Shown: positions 25,696-35,703, numbered from the stretch's first letter. The stretch: DNA of 58,300 bases from Salinimicrobium sp. (GCA_049687495.1 JBAVJB010000068.1:1-58300), one strand, 5' to 3'. The notes: generated by a model not told the origin, from the sequence alone. Translations and numbers: made by a program.

Positions 25696-27759
25696 ATGAA
25701 GAATAAATTTATAGCATTAGCAGTCTTTTTCCTTTGTGCAACGGGAATTCAGGCTCAAATAGATCGCAGCCAAATGCCCGAACCGGGGCCAGCGCCGGAG
25801 ATCAACATTGGAAAACCCGAAACTTTTACCCTTAAGAACGGGCTTAAAGTTCTGGTTGTTGAGAACCATAAACTTCCACGCGTCAATATGACCCTAACCA
25901 TGGACAATCCTCCTCATGCCGAAGGTAACAAGGTAGGACTATCGAGCCTTATGGGTTCTATGTTAGGCGAGGGTACAAAAGACATCCCAAAAGACAAGTT
26001 CAATGAAGAGGTAGATTACCTTGGAGCAAATGTGAACTTCTTCTCTTCGGGAGCATCTGCAAACACTTTGTCAAAGTACTTTCCAAGGATTTTGGAACTT
26101 ATGTCTAAAGGAGCTCTAAATCCTAACTTTACGCAGGAAGAATTTGATAAGGAGCAACAAAGAACTGTCGAAGGAATCAAGTCTTCAGAAAAGAATGTTT
26201 CTGCAAATGCAGGAAAATTAAGCCGGGCGCTTAGCTACGGAATGAACCATCCTTATGGTGAATTTGCTACTGAAGAAACCGTTAGCGGGCTTACACTTCA
26301 GGATGTAAAAAACTATTACCAAAAGTACTTCGTACCGCAGAACGCTTACCTGGTAGTGGTTGGAGACGTAAAAACTTCCGAAGTTAAAGACCTTGTGAAA
26401 AAGTACTTTAGCGATTGGAAGAAGAAAGATCTGCCTGCCGTTAACATGCCTAAAGTTGACAATGTTGCGCAAACCCAGATCGACTTCATCGATTTCCCTA
26501 ACGCTGTACAAAGCGAGGTGCAGGTGACCAACACCATCAACCTTAAAAAAGCAGACGAAGATTATTTCCCTGCTTTGATCGCTAACAAGATCCTTGGCGG
26601 CGGTGGAGAAGCCCGTCTTTTCCTTAACTTGAGAGAAGATAAAGGCTACACTTACGGCGCCTATTCCAGTACTGGTGATGACAAATACATCGCGAGATTT
26701 GTGGCCAGCGCCAGCGTTAGAAACGCAGTTACCGACTCTGCCGTAATTGCTTTCCTTGATGAATTGCACAGGATACGCAACACAAAAGTTTCTAATGAGG
26801 AGCTAGCAAATGCCAAAGCAAAATACACGGGAGACTTCGTACTTGCACTGGAGCGTCCTTCTACCATCGCACAGTATGCTTTGAACATTGAAACAGACAA
26901 ACTTCCTCAGGATTTCTACCAGACTTACCTGAAAAAGATCAATGCTGTTACTGCGGAAGACATTCAGCGAGTAGCACAAAAGTACTTCCTTGTTGACAAA
27001 GCACGTATCGTGGTTGTAGGTAAAGGCAGCGAAGTAGCCGAAGACCTTGAGAAACTAACCTATAACGGGAAAAATATTCCTGTAAAGTATTTCGACAAAG
27101 ATGCAAATCCTGTTGAAAAACCGGAATTCAACAAGAAGGTAGCAGGCGACATGACTGCTCAAAAAGTGTTCGCTAAGTACATAGAGGCTATTGGCGGGAA
27201 AGATGCCGTAGAGAATGTAGAATCCCTTCTTTTTATTGCTGAAGGACAGGTTCAGGGAATGACCATGAACTTGAAAGCAATTGCTACCCGTGAGGGAATG
27301 TCTGCAAACATTGTCTCTGTAGGCGGTGCCGTAATGCAGAAGCAGGTTTTCAACGGTACCGAAGGATACACTATGGCCCGGGGACAGAAAATCCCATATA
27401 CCGAAGAACAAATAGCAGCCGCTAAAGCTGAATCTACTCCTTTCCCTGAACTAACCGCTGAAAATGCCACTTTAGAGGGGATAGAAAGCGTAAACGGTGA
27501 AGATGCTTATGCAGTTAAAATGGACGAAAGCACCTTTAATTACTACAGCACAGAAACAGGTTTAAAGGTTAAGCAGGTGAAGATCGCCGGCCAGGCTCCA
27601 CAAACCATGAGGATCCCTCTTACATACGGAGATTATTCTGAAGTAAAAGGAGTTATGATCCCTCACTCGATCCACCAGGAACTTCCTCAAATGACCATCG
27701 ACCTTAATGTTACCGATGTTAAGATCAACGAAGGCGTGAGTGACGAAGATTTTCAATAG
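25696..27759 (+). CDS. M16 family peptidase, non-catalytic partner with C-terminal extension
   Basis: signal peptide; no HxxEH; RLFLNLREDKGYTYG motif. Confidence 0.88.
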   Translation: MKNKFIALAVFFLCATGIQAQIDRSQMPEPGPAPEINIGKPETFTLKNGLKVLVVENHKLPRVNMTLTMDNPPHAEGNKVGLSSLMGSMLGEGTKDIPKDKFNEEVDYLGANVNFFSSGASANTLSKYFPRILELMSKGALNPNFTQEEFDKEQQRTVEGIKSSEKNVSANAGKLSRALSYGMNHPYGEFATEETVSGLTLQDVKNYYQKYFVPQNAYLVVVGDVKTSEVKDLVKKYFSDWKKKDLPAVNMPKVDNVAQTQIDFIDFPNAVQSEVQVTNTINLKKADEDYFPALIANKILGGGGEARLFLNLREDKGYTYGAYSSTGDDKYIARFVASASVRNAVTDSAVIAFLDELHRIRNTKVSNEELANAKAKYTGDFVLALERPSTIAQYALNIETDKLPQDFYQTYLKKINAVTAEDIQRVAQKYFLVDKARIVVVGKGSEVAEDLEKLTYNGKNIPVKYFDKDANPVEKPEFNKKVAGDMTAQKVFAKYIEAIGGKDAVENVESLLFIAEGQVQGMTMNLKAIATREGMSANIVSVGGAVMQKQVFNGTEGYTMARGQKIPYTEEQIAAAKAESTPFPELTAENATLEGIESVNGEDAYAVKMDESTFNYYSTETGLKVKQVKIAGQAPQTMRIPLTYGDYSEVKGVMIPHSIHQELPQMTIDLNVTDVKINEGVSDEDFQ

Positions 27760-27772
27760 AGATCTTTCCTTC

Positions 27773-27809
27773 AAAATAAAAACCGGCTTAAGGGCCGGTT
27801 TTTTTATTT
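27773..27809. terminator. bidirectional intrinsic terminator
   Basis: AAATAAAAACCGGC...GCCGGTTTTTTTATTT. Confidence 0.85.
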
Positions 27810-27810
27810 C

Positions 27811-27827
27811 GTAAAATGTCATTTTTG
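27811..27827. repeat. 17-bp palindrome copy (2 mismatches)
   Basis: GTAAAATGTCATTTTTG-ACACC immediately after a terminator. Confidence 0.7.
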
Positions 27828-27916
27828 ACACCTGGCTTCTAGGCAGGACAATTCTCTGCTGCAGTTTTAAGAAAACCACAACAGTATTTCCTGGGCATTT
27901 TGACGCAGCAAGCCAG

Positions 27917-28066
27917 CTACAGAATTGCCAGCTCCGACTCCTTTTCTTCTACGGGGGATTTTGGTTGAGCCTGAAGCTCAGCTAGTTCGGCGGCTGCAAA
28001 TTGCCAGGCCACCAACAAAAAAAGGAAAACAAATAGCGTAAATCCGTAAAACATTCTCTTTTTCAT
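27917..28066 (-). CDS. 49-aa small protein with signal/TM segment (not in ORF track)
   Basis: hand translation MKKRMFYGFTLFVFLFLLVAWQFAAAELAELQAQPKSPVEEKESELAIL-stop. Confidence 0.5.
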   Translation of the reverse strand: MKKRMFYGFTLFVFLFLLVAWQFAAAELAELQAQPKSPVEEKESELAIL

Positions 28067-28134
28067 GATACGCACAATTAGGGATTCGAATGGTTACGTG
28101 AAGTTAATAAAAAGTTAAAAACGCTCCAAAAAAA

Positions 28135-29019
28135 TTAACCTATTTTCCTTTTACGGTTCACGATCACCACTCCTAACAGGATAAGAAGGCCCGAAAACAG
28201 CTGGAACAGCGTGAAATCTTCCCCATCTAAAATTCCCCATCCCAGGGCGACGATCGGGATCAAATAAGTCACCGAAGTTGAAAAAACCGGGTCTGATATC
28301 TGTATCAACTTGTTAAAAATGATCAGGGCGACTCCTGTTCCTATAACCCCGAGAATGCCAATGTATATTAAGGATAGCTGCACCTGTGGTGAAGAAATTA
28401 CTTCAGTTGAAAAAAATCCTGTTGAAAAAAGCACTGCCAGAGCCGGCACAGCGATGACCATAAAGTTGCCCGTGGTTATTGCCAGAGCGGGTATTCCGGA
28501 GAGATAGGTTTTGATCACGTTCGCATTTAATCCGTAGAAGAGCGAGGCAAGAATTACCAACAAAGAATACCAGTAATTTTGTTCTGGGTTAACAGCTGCA
28601 CCGCTTAAGATCAAGGCGGTGGTTCCCGCAAGCCCCACAATAACGCCTATGAACTTGTTGCGCACAAAGGCGGCTTTAAAAATGAAGACCCCCAACAGCA
28701 TCGAAAGCAAAGGGGTAGTAGAATTCAAAATGGAAACAATTGCGCTGTCGATCTCAGTCTCGGCAAAAGAGAAGAGATATGCAGGAAAGAAGGTTCCGAA
28801 GAAACCTGAGAAAGCGATCCACTTCCACTGTTTGCCTTTGATCTTTTTAAGGCTTTTCAAGCCTACGATCAACAGGAACATTGCAGCAAATACGATCCTT
28901 AGAGAACCTACCTGCAGGGCACTTAGCCCCACCAGGCCTTTCTTAATAAGAATAAAAGAACTCCCCCACACCAGGGCCAGCAGGCAGAGATAGATCCACT
29001 TCAGATTTTTTATAGGCAT
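28135..29019 (-). CDS. DMT/EamA family transporter
   Basis: LVWGSSFILIK, about 10 TM segments, SVTYLIPIVAL.WG..DGE. Confidence 0.92.
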   Translation of the reverse strand: MPIKNLKWIYLCLLALVWGSSFILIKKGLVGLSALQVGSLRIVFAAMFLLIVGLKSLKKIKGKQWKWIAFSGFFGTFFPAYLFSFAETEIDSAIVSILNSTTPLLSMLLGVFIFKAAFVRNKFIGVIVGLAGTTALILSGAAVNPEQNYWYSLLVILASLFYGLNANVIKTYLSGIPALAITTGNFMVIAVPALAVLFSTGFFSTEVISSPQVQLSLIYIGILGVIGTGVALIIFNKLIQISDPVFSTSVTYLIPIVALGWGILDGEDFTLFQLFSGLLILLGVVIVNRKRKIG

Positions 29020-29072
29020 TTAATCAAATTTGGCCGCAAAAATCGAAATTTCCCGCAAGTTTACCGTGTGTT

Positions 29073-29642
29073 TTACTTTTTATCTTTCCAGCGCACCGTC
29101 TCCATCAGGTGCCGGATGTCCTTTTTAAGATAGGCTGCAGCCGGAAGAATGGAATCAAAATTGGGTTGAGCGTTAAAATAGACCGAACCGGTGAGAAAAT
29201 GATCGGTACTGTCAGTCAAATAGAACTGTGCCTGTGAAGCAGCGTTCCCTTCAATTTCGTAAAACATTCCGTAGGTCTTATGATAAGGGTTGGTGTAAAT
29301 GTCACCCTCTATAGCATCGGCTTTAATAGTGTGCTGCAAAGGCAGTTTTTGAGCATCGGTGAGCAGAGAATCCAGGTTGTTATGAACCGGCTGGTAGGTT
29401 ATGAAGATCGTCCCATTCTGCAGTTCATACTCCAGGTTGAGCCAACAGTCCTGCACTCCCGGAGGATGTTTGGCAACCGCACGGGTATTTTTTTCGAAAG
29501 TATAAGGACAATCCCGCCCCAGCTGCTCATATTCTGCCGCGGGATATTCCAACGAAAGATATGCTTTTGGTTTAGGCTGTGTTTCCTCCCCGCAGGAGGT
29601 GAGCAGCAGCATGAAAAACATCAAAAAAATCCCATTTTTCAT
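29073..29642 (-). CDS. gldD: gliding motility lipoprotein GldD
   Basis: lipobox LTSC, PKPKAYL.LEYP, GNAASQAQFY.TDS..HFLTGSVYF...PNFDS; adjacent to gldE. Confidence 0.93.
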   Translation of the reverse strand: MKNGIFLMFFMLLLTSCGEETQPKPKAYLSLEYPAAEYEQLGRDCPYTFEKNTRAVAKHPPGVQDCWLNLEYELQNGTIFITYQPVHNNLDSLLTDAQKLPLQHTIKADAIEGDIYTNPYHKTYGMFYEIEGNAASQAQFYLTDSTDHFLTGSVYFNAQPNFDSILPAAAYLKKDIRHLMETVRWKDKK

Positions 29643-30964
29643 ACCCCTACAATGCTTAGTTTTATCTGCTTGATCCTTTTATGGTCAATGACTTCCACCT
29701 TAAAACTGTAGCGATCAAAAAGGATCACATCTCCCTTTTTTGGAAAACTACCCGAGATTTCCAACAGGAAGCCTGCCAAGGTTTCGGCCTCGCCTTTGTT
29801 CTCCTCGAACATGCCGGGATTTTCCAGTTTAATGACCCTGTAGACATCTTTTAATGGCGTTTTGCCTTCAAAAACGTAATTGTTTTCATCCAGTTTGGAG
29901 AACACGAGGTCTTCATCGTCAAATTCATCGCTGATGTCTCCCACAATTTCTTCGATAATATCTTCAAGAGAAATAAGCCCGCTCGTGCCGCCATATTCAT
30001 CTACCACGATGGCCAGGTGATTCTTCTTGTCTTTAAAATCGTTGAGCAGGTCGTCCAGTTTTTTGTTCTCCGGAACAAAGTAAGGTTCCCGCAAAAGGGT
30101 CTTCCAGTCGTAATCTATTTCCTCCAGGTAAGGCAGCAGGTCCTTTACATATAAGATGCCGGTTACATTGTCTATGCTGTCCCTGTACACAGGAATACGT
30201 GAATACCCGTTCTCGATGATCACCGGGATGATCTTCTCATAAGGATCTTCCTCATTAAGGGCAAAAATATCCATCCTTGGACGCATGACCTGCTTGGTAT
30301 CTGTATTTCCAAAGGAAACGATCCCCTTCAGGATCTTTTGTTCTTCCTTAGTTGTATCGTGCTGACTTGTCAACTCCAGCGCCTGTGACAGCTGGTCAAC
30401 ACTTAAGCCGGCTTTTTGATTCCCCAGGCGTTCATGAATGAACAGCGTCATATGCCTCATAGGCACACTCAATGGAGAGAACACGCGGTCAAGCACGTTA
30501 AGAGGATAGGCCATAAAATGCGAAAAAAAGATCTTGTTTCGGCTGGCATACACCTTTGGCAGGATCTCCCCGAAAAGCAAAATAAGAAAGGTCACCACCA
30601 CGACTTCCAGAAAGAATTGCAGGTCTATTCCCCAGAGAATGGTGTTGATACCGGCAAATATGCGGTCGGTAAGGCTGTCAAAAAGCAGGATGATCGCGAT
30701 GTTGATCATATTATTGGCAACCAGAATGGTAGCCAGCAGCTTCTTGGGTTTGTCAAGAAGGTTGATCACGATCTGTTCCTTGACACTGCGCTTTGATTCT
30801 TCAGGATGAAAATCGGCCGGGGTGAGTGAGAACAAAGCCACTTCTGCTCCCGAGATAAGGGCCGAACCTATCAATAAAAGTCCTGCCGCAACTATTCCAA
30901 ACAGCAGCGAAAGATCTTCAGATGCAACAAAAAATAATGAAAAACTGGCAGGATCGGGATCCAA
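29639..30964 (-). CDS. gldE: gliding motility-associated protein GldE (CNNM/DUF21-CBS-CorC)
   Basis: SGAEVALFSL, FGEILPK, GYSRIPVY, VVDEYGGTSG; position between ssb and gldD. Confidence 0.92.
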   Translation of the reverse strand: MDPDPASFSLFFVASEDLSLLFGIVAAGLLLIGSALISGAEVALFSLTPADFHPEESKRSVKEQIVINLLDKPKKLLATILVANNMINIAIILLFDSLTDRIFAGINTILWGIDLQFFLEVVVVTFLILLFGEILPKVYASRNKIFFSHFMAYPLNVLDRVFSPLSVPMRHMTLFIHERLGNQKAGLSVDQLSQALELTSQHDTTKEEQKILKGIVSFGNTDTKQVMRPRMDIFALNEEDPYEKIIPVIIENGYSRIPVYRDSIDNVTGILYVKDLLPYLEEIDYDWKTLLREPYFVPENKKLDDLLNDFKDKKNHLAIVVDEYGGTSGLISLEDIIEEIVGDISDEFDDEDLVFSKLDENNYVFEGKTPLKDVYRVIKLENPGMFEENKGEAETLAGFLLEISGSFPKKGDVILFDRYSFKVEVIDHKRIKQIKLSIVGV

Positions 30965-30985
30965 ATGTTTAGTTTTTGATTAAAC

Positions 30986-31453
30986 TTAGAACGGTAGATC
31001 GTCCTCGTCCTCTTCGCCTATAGCAGGCGATTGATGAGTAGGTTTAGAGCTTTGTTGCTGCCCGGGTTGACGGTATTGTTGATTACCTCCCGAAGCTTCT
31101 CCAGATGCACCACCTTCTTTAGGTGTCAAAAATGTGAAATCTGTGCACTGTATCTCTGTAGAGTAGCGCTCATTTCCTTTTTCATCTGTCCATTTCCTGG
31201 TCTTGATCCTTCCTTCCACATAAACCTTATCTCCTTTTTTAAGGTACTTCTCACAGATCTCGGCAGCTTTATTTCTCACCACCACATTGTGCCACTCTGT
31301 ATTTTCTACGCGCTGGCCGGTGGTTTTATTGGTATAAACCTCGTTTGTAGCCAAAGGAAAACGACCTACAGATCCGCCGCCTTCGAAATAGTGCATTTTC
31401 ACATCATCTCCCGTATGGCCTATCAGCATTACCTTGTTTAAAGTTCCGGTCAT
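30986..31453 (-). CDS. ssb: single-stranded DNA-binding protein
   Basis: LNKVMLIG, TEWHNVV, KGDKVYVEG, C-terminal DDLPF. Confidence 0.97.
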   Translation of the reverse strand: MTGTLNKVMLIGHTGDDVKMHYFEGGGSVGRFPLATNEVYTNKTTGQRVENTEWHNVVVRNKAAEICEKYLKKGDKVYVEGRIKTRKWTDEKGNERYSTEIQCTDFTFLTPKEGGASGEASGGNQQYRQPGQQQSSKPTHQSPAIGEEDEDDLPF

Positions 31454-31557
31454 TGTCTTTGTTTTATGTTTGAGATTCTAAAATAAGCAAAAAATGTTCT
31501 TTTAAGGTTTTTGAGGTTCAAATTTCTCTCTTCGGAAGTTTCTGGTTCCCAAAAATC

Positions 31558-32595
31558 TTAAAAATCAAAGGTATCAATAAAATTTCCGATTAAAACCGGC
31601 ACCGGATATTTATTTATTTCGGCGTAAGAAACCCCTTTTTGAGGCAGCTGTTCACAATCCACTATCCAGAACTTGGTGTAGATATGCTGATGGGTTAGTT
31701 TATGAACAATTGGCGACTCATTATATAGGACCACATCTTTGGCCGAAACAGAATAGTTCTGAAATTCTTCCTCTTCCAGGAGATTTTCTGCAGATACTTC
31801 GGCCGGGGTTTCCACAAGAGGAAATTCATACAGGCCTTCCCATATTCCTTTCCCGCGGCGTTGCTGCAATAGGGTCTTCTTCTCTTCGGAAAGCAAGACC
31901 AGATAGTTAAAATGCCTTTTTTTGATCTTCAGCTTCTTCAACTTTACCGGCAATTCGTGCACCCGGTTTTCCTTTAAGGCAACACATTTTTCAGAAAAGA
32001 TACAGGAAGAACAAAGCGGCTGCCTTGGCTTACACTGCTCAGATCCAAACTCAATGGTCGCCTGGTTAAAGGCTGCGGGATCTTCAAGGTCGATCAATTC
32101 CTGGGCAAGCGCCTTGAATTCCTTTATTCCTGCGGAAGTATTTGTGGGAGTATCAATTCCGAAGATGCGGGAGAGCATTCTAAAAACATTCCCATCAACG
32201 GCGGCCGCAGGTTCATCGTAGCAAGTTGAAGCAATGGCGCTGGCCGTGTAATCACCCACTCCTTTTAGTTTAAGCAGCTCCTTATAGTTATCAGGAAATT
32301 TTCCGTTTCGTTCAAAAGCAATATGTCGGGCAGTGTGGTGCAGGTTTCTGGCGCGGGAATAGTATCCCAGTCCCTGCCATAATTTTAGCACCTCTTCTTC
32401 TGAAGCATTTGCGAGGGAAAACACATCGGGAAAGGTCTCTAAAAATTTGAAATAGTAAGGTTTTCCCTGCTCGACCCTGGTTTGCTGAAGAATAATTTCA
32501 CTCAACCAGATCTGATATGGGTCTTTTGTCGCTCTCCACGGCAATTGCCGCTTATTTTCTAAATACCAAAATATCAGTCTCTTGCCAAAATTCAT
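31558..32595 (-). CDS. mutY: A/G-specific adenine glycosylase
   Basis: LPWR..DPY.IWLSEIILQQTRV, WQGLGYYSRARN, HhH LKGVGDYTA, VDGNV, C-x6-C-x2-C-x5-C FeS motif. Confidence 0.96.
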   Translation of the reverse strand: MNFGKRLIFWYLENKRQLPWRATKDPYQIWLSEIILQQTRVEQGKPYYFKFLETFPDVFSLANASEEEVLKLWQGLGYYSRARNLHHTARHIAFERNGKFPDNYKELLKLKGVGDYTASAIASTCYDEPAAAVDGNVFRMLSRIFGIDTPTNTSAGIKEFKALAQELIDLEDPAAFNQATIEFGSEQCKPRQPLCSSCIFSEKCVALKENRVHELPVKLKKLKIKKRHFNYLVLLSEEKKTLLQQRRGKGIWEGLYEFPLVETPAEVSAENLLEEEEFQNYSVSAKDVVLYNESPIVHKLTHQHIYTKFWIVDCEQLPQKGVSYAEINKYPVPVLIGNFIDTFDF

Positions 32596-32680
32596 CAAAG
32601 CATTTTCTTTGGTGCAATGATAATTCTTTATTCTCTTACTATTTAATGGATTAGGATTGAAAAGTTGCAGATATAATTCT

Positions 32681-32688
32681 TATATTTG
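32681..32688 (+). promoter_or_regulatory. -7 promoter element for HU-bS22
   Basis: TATATTTG with upstream TTG elements. Confidence 0.7.
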
Positions 32689-32732
32689 CCCCTCGAAAAT
32701 TTACAAACCCCAATTTAATAAATTATACGACA

Positions 32733-33023
32733 ATGACGAAAGCAGATATCGTAGCGAAGATCTCCGAGAAGTTAGGAATGGAAAAAGGAGATGTACAGGC
32801 TACTGTGGAAACCTTTATGGAAGAGGTAAAAACTTCACTAGAGGCTGGCGATAATGTTTACCTTAGAGGATTTGGAAGCTTTATCATTAAAACAAGAGCA
32901 GAAAAAACCGGAAGGAATATTTCTAAGAACACAACTATTAAGATCCCTGCGCACAACATCCCGGCTTTTAAACCTGCAAAAGTTTTTGTTGAAGGTGTAA
33001 AGACCAATGTTGAAGTAAAGTAA
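32733..33023 (+). CDS. HU/IHF family DNA-binding protein
   Basis: MTKADIV...VYLRGFGSF..K.RAEKTGRNI...IPAFKP. Confidence 0.96.
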   Translation: MTKADIVAKISEKLGMEKGDVQATVETFMEEVKTSLEAGDNVYLRGFGSFIIKTRAEKTGRNISKNTTIKIPAHNIPAFKPAKVFVEGVKTNVEVK

Positions 33024-33076
33024 AACTTCCTGCCCGAGGGCAGAACCAAATAAATTACTAATTAAAAAGTCACACT

Positions 33077-33166
33077 ATGCCAAGTGGTAAAAAAAGAAAA
33101 AGACATAAGGTAGCTACGCACAAGCGTAAGAAAAGAAGAAGAGCTAACCGTCACAAGAAAAAGTAG
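33077..33166 (+). CDS. 30S ribosomal protein bS22 (mS38/AURKAIP1-COX24 family), 29 aa, not in ORF track
   Basis: hand translation MPSGKKRKRHKVATHKRKKRRRANRHKKK-stop, between HU and RNase E/G. Confidence 0.85.
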   Translation: MPSGKKRKRHKVATHKRKKRRRANRHKKK

Positions 33167-33298
33167 TTTTCATACTACTTTTTTTGTTTAACACCGTTCT
33201 TTGAAATCGAGGTCTTTTTGACCTCTATAGGATTAAAAACCCTGTGAATTTTATTGTTTAATCCATTCTGAAGTACTTCGGAATAAAAATCGATTAGA

Positions 33299-34840
33299 GT
33301 GAACAAAGAGTTAATTATTCGAACCGGTTCCTCTGCTGTAGATTTTGCCTTATTAAAAGATGGAAAACTAATAGAACTCAACAAGGAAGAAGACGACAGC
33401 AATTTTGCCGTAGGCGATATATTTCTCGCCAAAGTAAGAAAAGCTGTCCCCGGATTAAATGCCGGCTTTGTAAATGTGGGCTACACGAAAGATGCATTCT
33501 TGCACTATCATGACCTTGGCCCACAGGTACTTTCTTTGCTGAAGTTCATAAAACGTGTAAGCACAGGTAAACTAAAGGATTATTCTTTAAAGGATTTTCC
33601 TAACGAAAAAGATATTGATAAAGACGGAAGCATTGCCGATGTCTTAAAATCAAATCAATCGCTGCTGGTACAGGTAGTGAAAGAGCCAATCTCCACCAAA
33701 GGTCCCAGGATAAGTTCAGAACTTTCCCTGCCGGGCCGATATATCGTACTGGTGCCTTTTTCAAACCGGGTTTCTGTTTCTCAAAAAATAGAAAGTAAGG
33801 AAGAAAAAGACCGCCTCAAACGACTGGTAAAGAGCATTAGACCAAAAGGCTTTGGAATTATCGTACGTACCGTAGCAGAAGGCAGAAAAGTAGCAGAACT
33901 GGACAACGACCTGCAGAATTTAATGGGACGTTGGACAGGAATGTGTAAAAAGTTGCATAAAGCACCTCATCCCTCCAAAGTTTTAGGCGAACTAAATCGC
34001 GCATCCTCAATCTTGAGAGATGTTTTTAACGACACCTTTACTTCAATATGTGTAGATGATGAGACGCTTTATACACAAATCAAAGACTATGTGAGCGAAA
34101 TCGCTCCAAAAAAAGAATCCATTGTGAAATTGTACGATTCCAATGTTCCAATTTTCGAGAAATTCGGAATCGAACGCCAAATTAAAACTACTTTCGGCCG
34201 CACAGTATCTATGCACAAAGGGGCATACCTGGTAATAGAGCATACCGAAGCTATGCACGTCGTTGACGTGAACAGCGGAAACCGCTCCAACAAATCCAAA
34301 AACCAGGAAGACACGGCACTTGAGGTCAACCTCATTAGTGCTACCGAAATTGCCCGTCAACTACGCCTCCGCGATATGGGAGGGATCATTGTAGTTGATT
34401 TCATAGATATGAACAAAGCCGAAAACCGGAAGGCGCTCTACGATCATTTACGTGATGAAATGAGCGATGACCGTGCAAAACATAAGATTTTGCCCCCCAG
34501 TAAATTTGGACTTGTACAAATCACGAGACAAAGGGTACGGCCCGAAATGAATATCAAAACAAGGGAAGAGAATCCCAACAAACAGGGAGACGAAATTGAA
34601 GCCCCAATTGTTTTGGTAAACAAGATCACAACCGACCTTGAAAAACTGATCAAGAAAGACTATAAAAAGATCACTTTAAGTGCACATCCTTTTATAGCAG
34701 CCTTTTTAACAAAAGGTTTTCCATCACCACGCGCCAAATGGTATTTTGACCACAAACGCTGGGTAAAAATAGTACCAAGAGATGCTTACACGTATCTTGA
34801 ATATCATTTCCACGACAAAGACGGGGAAGACATTCATTAA
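33299..34840 (+). CDS. ribonuclease E/G family protein
   Basis: S1 domain, VQVVKEPISTKGPR, VDVNSG, RLRDMGGIIVVDFIDM. Confidence 0.95.
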   Translation: MNKELIIRTGSSAVDFALLKDGKLIELNKEEDDSNFAVGDIFLAKVRKAVPGLNAGFVNVGYTKDAFLHYHDLGPQVLSLLKFIKRVSTGKLKDYSLKDFPNEKDIDKDGSIADVLKSNQSLLVQVVKEPISTKGPRISSELSLPGRYIVLVPFSNRVSVSQKIESKEEKDRLKRLVKSIRPKGFGIIVRTVAEGRKVAELDNDLQNLMGRWTGMCKKLHKAPHPSKVLGELNRASSILRDVFNDTFTSICVDDETLYTQIKDYVSEIAPKKESIVKLYDSNVPIFEKFGIERQIKTTFGRTVSMHKGAYLVIEHTEAMHVVDVNSGNRSNKSKNQEDTALEVNLISATEIARQLRLRDMGGIIVVDFIDMNKAENRKALYDHLRDEMSDDRAKHKILPPSKFGLVQITRQRVRPEMNIKTREENPNKQGDEIEAPIVLVNKITTDLEKLIKKDYKKITLSAHPFIAAFLTKGFPSPRAKWYFDHKRWVKIVPRDAYTYLEYHFHDKDGEDIH

Positions 34841-34848
34841 AATTAAGA

Positions 34849-34881
34849 GACGCCTTTCAAGCAATTGGGAGGCGTTTTTTT
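34849..34881 (+). terminator. intrinsic terminator of the RNase E/G gene
   Basis: GACGCCTTTCAA...TTGGGAGGCGTT followed by T run. Confidence 0.8.
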
Positions 34882-34991
34882 ATGCCCCTATTTCAACATC
34901 ATAATTAGTATTATCCCAACAATTTTTTATTAGTTATTTAACTGAGATGCATGCTCTTAGAATCTAATTTTCAGCTTTATTAACCATAAAT

Positions 34992-35483
34992 GTGAAACCG
35001 ATGAAAGATCTAAATGAGTTATTTGAACATCAGCTAAAGGACCTGTATAGTGCAGAGAGTCAGCTCATCAAAGCACTTCCAAAAATGGCCAAAAATGCCC
35101 ATAATGAAAAACTAAAGAAAGCTTTTGAAGACCACCTGGAAGAAACCAGGGAACATAAAAGCCGTCTCGAAGAAATATGCAGTGAACTGGACATTAACCC
35201 TAGAGGTGAAACCTGTAAGGCCATGAAAGGACTTATTGAAGAAGCAGAGGATTTTTTGAAAGAAGATGCAACAGAAGAGGTTAGAGATGCCGGGCTAATA
35301 GCAGAAGCACAACGTGTTGAACATTACGAAATAGCAGGTTATGGAACTGTAGTGCGATATGCAAAAGAATTAGGTCACAAAAAGATCGCAGACAAACTTC
35401 AAAAAACTCTTGATGAAGAATATAATGCAGATAATAAACTTGATAAGCTTGCCGAAAGCAGACTAAATAAAAAAGCTGTTTAG
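34992..35483 (+). CDS. ferritin-like DUF892 (YciE/YciF) protein
   Basis: LKDLYSAESQL..ALPKM, HLEET, CKAMKGL, AQRVEHYEIAGYG; start may be ATG 35001. Confidence 0.92.
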   Translation: MKPMKDLNELFEHQLKDLYSAESQLIKALPKMAKNAHNEKLKKAFEDHLEETREHKSRLEEICSELDINPRGETCKAMKGLIEEAEDFLKEDATEEVRDAGLIAEAQRVEHYEIAGYGTVVRYAKELGHKKIADKLQKTLDEEYNADNKLDKLAESRLNKKAV

Positions 35484-35505
35484 CTTATTCTAAAATTTCA
35501 TTCTT

Positions 35506-35530
35506 AACGCCTCGTTTGGGGCGTTTTTTT
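35506..35530 (+). terminator. intrinsic terminator of the DUF892 gene
   Basis: AACGCCTC-GTTT-GGGGCGTT followed by T run. Confidence 0.8.
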
Positions 35531-35653
35531 ATACCTGAAGTTTAATTTAAAGTTCAAGGTCAGGCTCTAAAAAGCCCCCTTCCAGGGATTTAGGGCGATT
35601 AGATTCCCGCCGAAACGAGCCACAGGTAAGTTGCAACCAGCAATCTAATTTAT

Positions 35654-35703
35654 CACTTCTAAATTCCCACTTCTAACCTCGCACTTCTAATTTGACACTT
35701 CCC
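35654..35703 (+). repeat. 14-bp-period (2x7) tandem repeat CACTTCTAA-N5
   Basis: copies start at 35654, 35668, 35682 and 35696 (last one partial). Confidence 0.75.

Noticed and set aside
35598..35649. Hammerhead ribozyme suggested by GAAAC inside an inverted repeat
   Set aside because: No CUGANGA core on either strand.
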